This document shows, piece after piece, positions 37,717 through 48,700 of a stretch of 64,000 bases of DNA. Position numbers and translations under genes: made by a program. Under the pieces are notes generated by a model. The model saw only the letters and a list, made by a program, of their open reading frames with translations. It did no database searches and was not told the DNA's origin. Origin of the DNA: Vairimorpha necatrix (Eukaryota). Each line of letters begins with the position of its first letter. Position 1 is the stretch's first letter. Location: contig CP142737.1 in NCBI GenBank assembly GCA_036630325.1, forward strand, positions 620,001 to 684,000, in the 5' to 3' direction.

Positions 37717-40406
37717 TGGCGTGTTTACCGGGGAGCTTGCCTGTAGCAAGAAAGCATTCAATGATGCTACGGTTTTGATAGCCGTGAAAACCGGAGTTAA
37801 AAGAGTTAGAGTGAATAGATTGTTTATTGTTATATAAAGAGTTTTGTTTATCTGATTTGTAGAAGGAAGAGTGCTTGTTATTGTTCTGATGTTGTACCAT
37901 GTTTGTTCATGGAGTTTCTTTATTTATATACATGGTAACCAATAGGAAGAAATAAGATTTGGCTGACCAATAATAGTCGACCATAACTGATCGTTCCGAA
38001 GAAGCATCAGCGTTTAAGTATTTATTGGTTTTATATATCATGTGGTATGATCCATTATACCACATACTGGCCTCCTTCAGAACTTCAAATTTCGAATATG
38101 CGTCCATGTCTTATCGCCTTTGAGTCGTACCCAATTCCCTTTAGATCCAACTTCTTCAATTAACCTTTTTGGTCCATATTTGCGATCAAGTTTAGAGGCG
38201 GTCAAATTTCTTTTATAAACTGTATTTCCTTTATGAGAGGTGGAATATGCTTGATAGATTTTTGCTTTGGTGTGTATGTCTATGGCTTGTTTTCAATGTC
38301 ATAGAAATCTCGCTTATTGGCTATAATATATGGAGATGTTCGAATTCCTCTATTATAGTTTATGTTTAAAGTTTCCTCGGCTGTTTTAACTGTTTTTAGT
38401 ATACTTTGATTTTTATTAATGGATAGTATGAACGCGATAGTCTGATTTATTCGCTCTGAGATTCCGTTAGATTTGGGTGCATAAGTAGGTATCAATATAT
38501 GATTTATTCCTACTTCTTCAAAATAGTTCTTTAGTGCTGACGACGTGTATTGCCTGCCGTTATCTGATATTACGTGCTTAGGCTGTTCTTTTATTTTTGT
38601 CCAATAAATTATCGACTCGATTATTTGTCTTGTTTTAAAAGATTTAAAGAAAAATAATTTGGTCTCTCTTGAAAATATATCTGATATAGTCAGAATATAT
38701 CCTGTCTTTTCCTCAGGAGTTGAATTGTCTTTTTGTTCGTAATATTTGAACGGTCCGAATATGTCCGTCGATATCCGTTCATATAGCCTTAGTGATTCTA
38801 ATTTTGTATTTTTAAGCGTTTATAAGTACTTAATAATTCTTTGTCTTCTGAAACAATGGGTAAGCACGTGGTTTCGTATAATATTTCATCAAGTGACTCT
38901 TTGGTCGACTTCTCTGCGTCGATGAAAGGGATCTTTTTATTATTCTCCAAAACTAGCATTCTTTTGTTAATATTTAATATAGCATTGTTGGCGACAAGAA
39001 ATTCATATCCTATAATTAAATCTTCTGGTATTCTTTCTAACACATAAAACTTAACAAAAAATTCTTTTTCGTCAAGCGCTAACTTTGTTTCTACGGATAA
39101 GGATGTCGTTTCCTTAGTACCACTTCCAAATATCATGGTTACTGGTTTTGCCTCGATAGGTTTTAGATCTAATTCTTTTAATAATTTTTTATGAATATAA
39201 TTGTATGTTGCGCCTGTATCAATGAAAAATTGTAGCTTTTTAGAGTTCAACTTTCCCTGTATTTTGATTCCATCTTGAGTAATTGTTTTTAGTTCCGAAA
39301 TAAGTAAATTATTTTTCGGTTCTTTATCATTCCTATGCAGGGAACAGTCCTTTGTGTTATGAAATTTCGATTGGTGATACTTACACCATTTTTTGTTTGA
39401 AAAGGTTTTTTTTACTTTAGAGTCAGATATCGTGGTTGCACAGTATTGTTTAGCGTCTGTCAATTGTGCTATGATGGTTTCTTCCAATTCCGATAAAAAA
39501 TTAATTACTTCTTCGAATGAAGCCGTTTTAAGTCGTTGGTCTGTAATTTTTATTGTGGTGTGTGCACCTAGACCTTTAAAGAAAATTTCTTCTTGTTTTC
39601 TTTCTACCTCCTTCCTTGTCAATTCATTTACGTGTATATATCCTTCTAATTCTTGTAAAATTTTCTCCATATATTCGTTTATGGTTTTATAGTCCGTCTG
39701 CTTAATTTTATCTATTTTATTAGAAAGTATTCTGTATTTTGTTTTTGGGTAAAGTATATCAAGAAGCTGTTTTCTTAGAGCAATATAGCTATTCTTAGCA
39801 AGTTTTTCTTTGTACATGCTATCGTAAATTAAACTGTGGTAAATTTGTCCAGCTTGGGAGCCGTTCCACTTGTTATAACTAGAAAGTGTTTCAAAATCAT
39901 TTAGATTTCTTAGTGAAAGTTCTGTTTTAATATTATAAATTTTTTGTATATGCTCTCTGATGGTAGTTTCGGTTCCTTCTATGGTTCGCGTAAATTCAGC
40001 GTAGAAATGTTTATTTTCGATATGAACTCTTTTTTCGTATAGCCATTTGAGCTCAAATTGGCGTGTTTACCGGGAAGCTTGCCTGTAGCAAGAAAGCATT
40101 CAATGATGCTACGGTTTGGGGAGCCGTGAAAACCGGAGTTAAAAGAGTTAGAGTGAAAGGATTGTTTATTGTTATGGAAAGAGTTTTGTTTATCTGATTT
40201 GTAGAAGGAAGAGTGTTTGTTATTGTTCTGATGTTGTACCATGTTTGTTCATGGAATTTCTTTATTTATATACATGGTAACCAATAGGAAGAAATAAGAT
40301 TTGGCTGACCAATAATAGTCGACCATAACTGATCGTTCCGAAGAAGCATCAGCGTTTAAGTATTTATTGGTTTTATATATCATGTGGTATGATCCATTAT
40401 ACCACA
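37717..40406 (-). mobile_element. Internally deleted Gypsy element (gag-PR plus integrase core, RT/RH missing), palindromic-PBS clade
   Basis: 348-bp LTRs 37717-38064 and 40059-40406. TSD GTTTA. PPT GAAGGAGGCCAGTA. ORF 38798..39817 (WCKYHQSKFHNTKDC, FIDTGA), followed by integrase TDIFGP...SDNGRQY...SNGISER. Confidence 0.94.
40045..40058. promoter_or_regulatory. Palindrome ATTTGAGCTCAAAT at the PBS position
   Basis: 12-bp core 40046-40057 lies 1 nt from the LTR end (40059); it extends to 14 bp here. Confidence 0.8.
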
Positions 40407-42339
40407 GTTTAAAATATTCTTTTGTTTGTTAATTTATTCACGATTTGACATGTCATTGAAGAAATATTTGACAGATGATATTATTGACACCTGTTATTGT
40501 GATGTAGTCCATAACATCACAATATGCAAAGTACAGAGCAATAGGGAAGGTTGGTTTTGACGCAGAAAAAGACATTTTTAAAAAAGAATGTGTAAAAAAA
40601 AGAACAACGTAAACAAGGATTAGGCAAGTTTGAAATGGAAATTAAAGAAGAAGATGAACGTAATGAAAATAAAACTCTTAATTATTACAACGCTATTAGG
40701 TCCTTAACAAATACTTCAAATAAAGACCTCACAGTAGTAGAAAAATTGGGAAATTCGATGTACAAGCGCTAGTCGACTCATGAGCATGCGTCATCCTATT
40801 AAAGAAAATACGTTAGAAATATCAAACTGGAACACACAGGAAACCTTATCTCTGCAAACGGCAATTATGAAATAAAAATTTTGGGTATGACAAGACGAAA
40901 ATTCACGATCAGAAAAAGAGTTTTCAAAGAAAATTTTGGGTGCTTCTTTGGTATTCGATCGGAGATTTTTTTAAAAAAATTCCAACCCCCAAAAAATGAA
41001 AAATTCGGATTTTAAAATTTCTGATCGAATGCCGAAGAAAAGCACGAAAGTGAAAATCAAGCCAATACAGAGGCTTTTCTACGGTACTGACGATTGTTTG
41101 AACTCATTAATTGAGTTAGAAGTCTTTCTGAACAAAAAATATGTTTTAAATGCAATGAGATTTCAAATTTAGTAATATTTAATGAAAGAGGAATTAAAAA
41201 AGTAGTATACAGGTGCACAGACTATAAGTGCAGTGCAAAAGTATCCATAATAAAGGATGTAAGTTGCCTTTGAATAACTACTGCGAATTAATATTTTTAA
41301 TTATATGTAGAAGTAGTTATTTTGCATTAGAAGCAAAATTGGGAGTTTCGTCATCAACAGTAGCCACTTCAAAAAAACGACCTAGACAAATTTCGAAAAA
41401 AGATTGTCTAATAGTCTAATTATTGGTGGACCAGGAAAAATTGTCCAAGTTGATGAGTCTGTCATTTGTAGAAGATGTAAAATAAGATATCCAACAAGCT
41501 CAGATGATTAAATTCCTGACACAGTTTAGATATTGGGGATAGTAGAAGCTGATAATCACACAAACTTTTACATTACAAGAGTTGATAACAGAACCATCGA
41601 GTTTTTTAACAGAGGCTTTAAAATTTTAAATAGGTATAGGTTAATTTTATATAGTGATGGTCATCCAAGTTATCCAGGCGTAGAAGCAAACTTCGTCTCG
41701 AGCATAAGCTTGTAAACCATTCTATGGGGTTTAGATCTTCTGTTGGACTTATACCAACAATATTGAGAACATTTGGTCGCAATTAAAACCCGAAATGACC
41801 AAGGAACATGGAGTTAAGCGTAAAGAAGTTGATGCTTGGCTTATTAAATTTATGTTTAGGAAATTTAATTGTAAAGAAGACGATTGGGCTAAAGTTAGCT
41901 TTAGCTAACAAAAATGCATATAGGGTTTTTTTCTTTTTTTTTGCCCCTTCTTTTAAAAAAATGGAGGAGAGAAAATGATGAGGAAGGAACAAAAACAAAA
42001 ATTAGAACAATAAATTTAATAATGCATCAAAAACAGAATTAGATGCATTTCTTCAAAGCATATACCTAAACAAATAGTGTTTGGCACTATTGCAGACCTA
42101 TTTCGATTAGATATAGAATTTTTGAGTAATCTCCAATTACCTTCTATGGTATTGGTATGAACCTCAGTATTAGGATCTCGAAAGTGTAATGAGTGGTTGA
42201 CCATGTGATGTTGCTTGAAATCATTACCCAAGGAACGGCAAGCCTCCCACATATCGCTGTATATAGTACGTCCCATGCTCACATATTATAATAAAAGGTC
42301 AATAAGTGTTTTTATCTCTTTTTTTAATATACGTAATTA

Positions 42340-43578
42340 GGTTAAGTTCTCGACTTACCCCCCCCCCCCACCCCTAAAAAAAATAAAAAAAGGGGAAAAA
42401 ATAAAAAAAAATAAAAAAAGGGGAAAAAATAAAAAAAAATAAAAAAACGTTTAATTCTCGACTTAACCCCCCCCCCTTACCCCCCAAAAAAACAAAAAAA
42501 ATTATTCCACAATTGTAAAATCTATTTCAGGAATAATATCATAAGCTACAATACTAAAATTACCTATTTGAAAAAATTCTAACATTTTATCTAATAGATT
42601 TTCACGATATATTAATTTGAATCTGTTAATGTAAATCTTTCTTACAAGATTCATAATAGTACCATGACTAGTTCCGCCTTTTCTTAGTTCTCTTTTAATA
42701 ACCGACCACATTCCCTCTATAGTCTGAGTATGCGCACCAGTTATATTATCAACAAAATTTTGGCTGTGATTCACAGTCAAATGTAGATACTCATATTCTA
42801 CACAGATTGTTTGAATATCACTATATCCACGCCAACAATCTGTCACAATTGTGGTCCCCGGAGCAATTTTTCTTGTAATTAATTCAACAAGAGTAGCTCT
42901 TGTTCTATTTTCTACGATCTCAAAGAAAAAAGAATTTGCATCCCCTCTCACAACGCCTCCAACTGCCCATACTTGATATTGAAGAACCCTTCCCGCATGG
43001 TTTTTACTTTTTACAAGTAAAGTTTCATCAATTTCAACAATACAACCGACGCCGCCAATCGTTTGATTGTTTATATATGTTGAATAAGAGACGTACACGG
43101 CGTTATTAAAACGCGTAAACCATCTTGATACCGTACATTTACCTATATCAAGTTCTAACGTGGCGGCCAAATTACTTGAACCCTTTACCCATTCGCAAAG
43201 CAATATTAAAAGATCCTCAATGGGCAATTTTGAGTTCTTGAAAACGCTTTGTTTCATTATGGTTCCTTTGTTAGAACATTTTTTACCATCACGTCTTGAA
43301 TAACAACGATAGTTTTCAGTGTTGGTCCGATTTTGAGTCATTGGTATATTGCATTTATTGCACATAGGGACCCTCAAAATGTTTTTTGCAAATAAAAATT
43401 GCATTAACTCATTTTTTTTATAGATGAGTTTTCTAAATTCTTTAATTCTCATTATGGGTCAAATAATTTATTTTTTTATTTTTCCCCCTTTTTTTATTTT
43501 TTTTTATTTTTTCCCCTTTTTTTATTTTTTTTTATTTTTTTTAGGGGTGGGGGGGGGGGGTAAGTCGAGAACTTAACC
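42340..43578 (-). mobile_element. Young Merlin/ISXO2 transposon, copy 1
   Basis: TIR GGTTAAGTTCTCGACTTACCCC, perfect 8-bp TSD CGTAATTA, intact ORF. Confidence 0.96.
42502..43452 (-). CDS. ISXO2-like (Merlin) transposase
   Basis: 316 aa with CNKC..C..C, VEIDET, VTDCWRGY, VNHS and HTQTIEGMW. Confidence 0.95.
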   Translation of the reverse strand: MRIKEFRKLIYKKNELMQFLFAKNILRVPMCNKCNIPMTQNRTNTENYRCYSRRDGKKCSNKGTIMKQSVFKNSKLPIEDLLILLCEWVKGSSNLAATLELDIGKCTVSRWFTRFNNAVYVSYSTYINNQTIGGVGCIVEIDETLLVKSKNHAGRVLQYQVWAVGGVVRGDANSFFFEIVENRTRATLVELITRKIAPGTTIVTDCWRGYSDIQTICVEYEYLHLTVNHSQNFVDNITGAHTQTIEGMWSVIKRELRKGGTSHGTIMNLVRKIYINRFKLIYRENLLDKMLEFFQIGNFSIVAYDIIPEIDFTIVE

Positions 43579-43604
43579 CGTAATTATCATAGTTCGTTTT
43601 AAAG

Positions 43605-45220
43605 GGTGACCGTAATTTTCGTCCCGGTGGTAGGGGTTAAAAAAATAAAAAAATAAAAAATCTCGGTTTTTTTATTTTTTTATTTTTTTAACCCCTACCA
43701 CCGGGACGAAAATTCCGAAAAAAAAATAAAAATAAAACTTTAATATTTCAATAATTTCAAAGACAAAATCTAAACCAAACCCTTCATCCACAGTTTTATT
43801 CAAAAAATCAGCTAGCCGAATCTCCTTTTCAATATATTTTTGTTTACGTTCAAAAACATGATTTAAAATTGTTTGTTGGATTATCTTGATTCGCACTATA
43901 TCTTCTTCATCCTTTAACTTGCTCACTAATAGATAAAAACTGTATCGACTTGTACCAAATGTGTTTTTAAAGGTATCATGCCAACCTTCAATCGCATTAT
44001 TAGTTCTTGGAAAATCTATATCCATATTATTTCTCGTGTGCCACAAATTCGGCGGAAAACGACATCCTAAATCAATATAATTTGTAAAGAAATAGGCATA
44101 TAACTCAGTCAAGCATTCAGGGAAATTTCTGTCTTGTTTTAGTTCCAAAAAAGTAGACAATATTTCGTCATATTCAACATATGCAAGTGCCGTAAGAGAC
44201 AAAACAAATTTTTTCACCATAGGTGAACATGTGTAAAAAGAAGAAAGTCCTGAACTTTTAACACGTCTATCAATAGCCTGGGCTAAGTGAAAAAGACAAC
44301 CCGAAATTTGACAATCCGGGAAAATTATTGAAAATGCTCTTATCGCAGCATACTCAAAATCGGTTTTTATCAACCTTGGGTTGAGCTCTGGAAACCTTCT
44401 ATTTAACATTTGAAACAAAAAACAATAGGTTTCAAAACTTTTATCTTTTAAAATTGCAAATATTATCGGAAATACATGCGCTTCACGGATAAAACTAATT
44501 GTGTAAAGTTGATAATATGGAATTGGAACCACCGTAAAGGTCCCATCCATCGCCCACATGTCATATAGAGCCAGTTTTTCCATAGCCGAATCTGTATAAA
44601 AAACTATTATACTGTCATTGGGTTTATCACTCCCGTAATTTTCAGGCCCATATCGATACCATTGTTCGCCTGTATGACTGATTAATAAATCAGCACATAA
44701 ACCCAATGTTTGGTTGGCGTATGGTTTTGGATTTAAGAAATTTAGCCTAGCTTTCCTTAATATCCTCGTAATAGGCTCAATAGGGCCTATTGCGGCGATT
44801 GTTTCTTCACCAGCTCCTCTTAAGGAAGAAAAAAAATGTTTCTAGGAGAATCTTTGCCAGAGATAATTTCCCGTTTCATTTTATCTATTTTATTCTTCCT
44901 ACAGACCTGTTCAGGATTTGGTTCATGATTATGAGGCGAAGAAATAATAAAGGATTCGAGATTATTGACGTAAACAATACTACTAATGGCCTTGGCATTA
45001 CAGCTTCGTACAATGCAGCGCCACTTTATAGTAGTATTGTTGATTCTTTTTTCTCGTAAATATATAGATTTTCATCTATTATTTGGTCCATATTTCTTTT
45101 GCTTTTAATGATCCTTTTTGTCCCGGTCATAGGGGTAAAAAATAAAAAAAGAAAAAAGTCCGTTTTTTTTATTTTTTAATTTTTTTAACCCCTATGACCG
45201 GGACGAAAAGACCGGGTACC
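43605..45220 (-). mobile_element. MULE transposon with fold-back ends
   Basis: Perfect 9-bp TSD GTTTTAAAG. Transposase 43672..44706 (AMDGTF, QLYTI, TDFE, GCLFH, RTNNAIEGWH). Frameshifted N-terminus (WRC..C) to about 45090. Confidence 0.93.
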
Positions 45221-45716
45221 GTTTTAAAGAACGCTCTATCATTCCAAAACACCTAACCCCTTTCACTAGTTTACCTCTATTATACTTATTTTTTCCTACT
45301 TTTGTTTCATCTATTTCTACTATAATATCTTCCCGGCCTATCTTTCCCAAAGATGATAAATAATTATCATAAATGTCTATTTCCTATAATTTAATAAAAA
45401 TAAACGATATTGAAGGTTTTGAACAACATAAAATTTGGCTAATATACTTACGAGGATAGCCCAGAATCCACAAATTAAGTACCTGCAAAATTTTGATATG
45501 ATCGAGTCTAAAGTTTTCAAAGAATGTACCTTTCCACATAGAAACTGTCTTCTTACAGTCCTTCCAAGTACATTTTAAGATAGCACCCTGTTTACTAAGT
45601 GTGGTATCTTTGTGCAGCGCAGATCCACAAGAAGAATTGTTTGTTTGTTTACACAACAAACATATAAAACTATAAATATAATTTCAGCCCTTACCCATAC
45701 ATAAACAACAACAACG

Positions 45717-48700
45717 ATGAACACCAGACGAACTAAACAGAAAACAATCACAGGGAAGAACCCTATATCTAACAACATAAATAAAAAAATTGTAAATAAA
45801 AATATTTTAGAGACATACTTCGAATTAGGATATGTCAATTTGAGCTCAAAAGATGAGAACCTAAACGAAATAAAGATGAAACAAAAAACTGACCAAGAAA
45901 CGAAATTAAAAGGATTAACCTTCTCAATGAAGATAGAAGGATTAGAACATAATTTAACACAAGAAGTGAAAATTATAGAACAGATAGAAGTAATCGACAT
46001 CATAAAATGGTGCGATGAATTTGAAAATTTGATAAATATGAACAAATGGAACAAACAAATACAATTTGCAATACTAAAACAACTAATAACAGATTCGAGA
46101 TTAGTAGATTTTGAAAAGAATCAGTCTTGGAAAGAAATCAAGCGATATTTGATAGCTTTTAAGTTTCCGCCAGAGGAGCGTAGATATTATAGGAGAAAAT
46201 TATTAAACATACATCAGACTCACTATGAAAAGATGCAAGACTATTACGACGCAATCAAGGAGATTTTAGTAATTATAAAAACCATGGAACAGTTAACTGA
46301 AGCTGAAGTAGAAAAGTTATTCGACGAAGCCTTCCACGCAGGACTAGAAAAGTTTACATACGGTCGAGTAATAGAATATGGTCTAGGAACTTATCGGGAC
46401 TCTTTTGAATTTTTGAAAAGTCTTGAGAACAAGATCAGAATCAGAGCTAAAGAGATGAAAGAAACACGCAACTCAGACAGTTACGAGAGCAAAAGCGTTT
46501 TCAAAAAAGACGACAATAATACGAATAAATTTACTGACAAATATTGCAAGTTTCACAAGCACTGTAATCACACAACAGAACAATGCACAAAATACGATAA
46601 GGATTTTTATAACAAACAGAAAGGAAAAAATCAGAAAAATAATTTCTATTACATCAAGGAAAAGGTGAATAACTTTGAGAAGACACAAATCAAGGGAAAG
46701 ATAAACAATACAGTAATTGAAATAATGATAGACAATGGAGCTAATAGAAGTTTTTTGAGTGAAGAAGCAGCTAAGGAATTAAAACTTGACATGTATGAAA
46801 CCGAAGAAGTAACACTCCAATTCGGAAACGGATCGACAGGACGCACTCATAAGAAAGCCAGAGTAGCGATAAAATTAGAAGGAGTAAAGAAAAAAATTGA
46901 AGAAGACGTATACATATACAACGAACTACCTGTAAAAATGATTCTAGGCAACGATTTTTTGCTTAACAATGGCTGGCTACTGGATTACAAAAATAAGTGT
47001 GTAATGGTTCATAAAAATATGGTACCTATGATAGGAGCTGATAAGATCAATGAGGACGAAATGGATGCAATATTGTATGAACGAGTCTTATTGATCGAAG
47101 ATGCTAAAATTGTGGAGAACTCGGAAATACCATACAAATTAAAAGAATATGTGAAAAAGAATGATGATTATAAAAAAATCAACATAAAACCTATAAAACT
47201 ATACATTGAGGATAAAATTAAAAACCATAAGTTAGACCTGAGATATTATACGGTCCCATTAAAATACGAACAAGAAGCAAAGAAAGAAATATTACGACTT
47301 CTAAATAACGACATAATTGAAAGAAGCAGAAACTACTATGCGAGTCCTTCTTTCTTTATTGAAAAGAAAACAAAGGAACTAAGATTAGTAGTTGATTATA
47401 GAATAGTCAATAGATTCATCAAGGATGAGATATGCTTAATACCAAAAATTTTCGAAAACTTACTTAAACTCGGAGGAAACACGTTCTTTAGCAAGATTGA
47501 TTTAAAGAACGGCTTTAACCAGCTGGAACTGGACGAATATAGTAGAGATATTACAAGTTTTACCATATTTGGAGAACAATACAGGTACAAAAGAATACCT
47601 TTCGGCATCAAATCTGGCCCTAAGTTGTTTCAGAAAACAATAAATCTAATACTAGATGGGATTGAAAAAATAATAATATATATAGATGATATTGTGATAT
47701 ATGGAGAGACACCTAGCGAACATAACCAGACCTTGTCTCAAGTATTAGATCGACTCTCTGTATATAACGTGAAAATAAACTTTGAAAAGAGTACGTTTGC
47801 AACAAGACGACTAGAAATATTAGGTAATATAATAGAAGGTAATCAAATACGAATTGATACGAAAAATATAGATAAACTGATAAATGAGAATGCAACCCCA
47901 ACATCTAAGAAAGAAATCCAAAAAATAATGGGAATAATAACATGGTATCGTAATTTTATACCAGATGTTAGCAGAAGAATTGCTTGCATATCAATGCTGC
48001 TACAAGCAAATACTAAAGAAAAGTGGGGAGAACCTCAAACTAAAGCCTTAAAGGAGATTAAGCACGAAATAAAAACGTCAGCACAACTAAATTTACCAGA
48101 TTTTAAAAGAGTATTTATTATACAATGTGACGCCTCAAATGAAGGCATGGGAGCAGTTATTTATCAGGCCCATGGAGTCATAGGGTATTACAGCAGGAAA
48201 TTCAACAACACGGAGAAAAATTATACGATTGTCGAAAAGGAAATGTTTGCAATCATTAAAACATTAGAATTTTACAGAGTGCTTATTCTGGGATACAGAA
48301 TAGAGATACAGACAGACAGTAGAAACTGCATTTTTGAAAATAAAACGATATCTAAAAGAACGGAACGTTGGAAACTTTTATTGAACGAATACGACGTAAC
48401 GGTACGCAACATTGAAGGTGCGACTAACCACATAGCAGATAAACTATCAAGATGCTTTACGATTAAGCTTTCACACGACGAATTAGAGTATTACATAAAA
48501 CGATATTTAAAAGAAAAAGATGGAAAATATCTATTAGACAAACACGGTAGATACATTGTGCATGAAGAAAAGGCCGATAAATTTATCGAAGAAATACACA
48601 AATTTACTGTACACCCAGGAGTGACAGTTATGTATCAGAATATTAAAAGAAAGTACAATATAAAAAACATAAAAAAGAGAATTTTGCAAGTTGTCAGCAA

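Larger units (their letters stand above)
26508..40521 (-). mobile_element. Non-autonomous Gypsy element hosting seven nested insertions
   Basis: TSD ATATG (26503-26507, 40522-40526). 3' LTR 26508-29419 is split by Merlin. 5' LTR 33725-40521 is split by pogo and two LTR elements. PPT GGAAAGGGCAGAA. Gag fragments 33364..33663 and WCSIHKNNTHDSNEC near 31320-31366. Confidence 0.88.
25861..40938 (+). mobile_element. Old Gypsy relic (short LTR, TGGCGACAA PBS, gag, knuckle, protease) split by the 26508-40521 nest
   Basis: Candidate LTR 25861-25970 (TGTTGTG...CACAACA), then TGGCGACAACGG. Gag-like ORF 26170..26463. Resumes after 40526 with a decayed zinc knuckle and an ALVDS protease motif. Confidence 0.55.
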
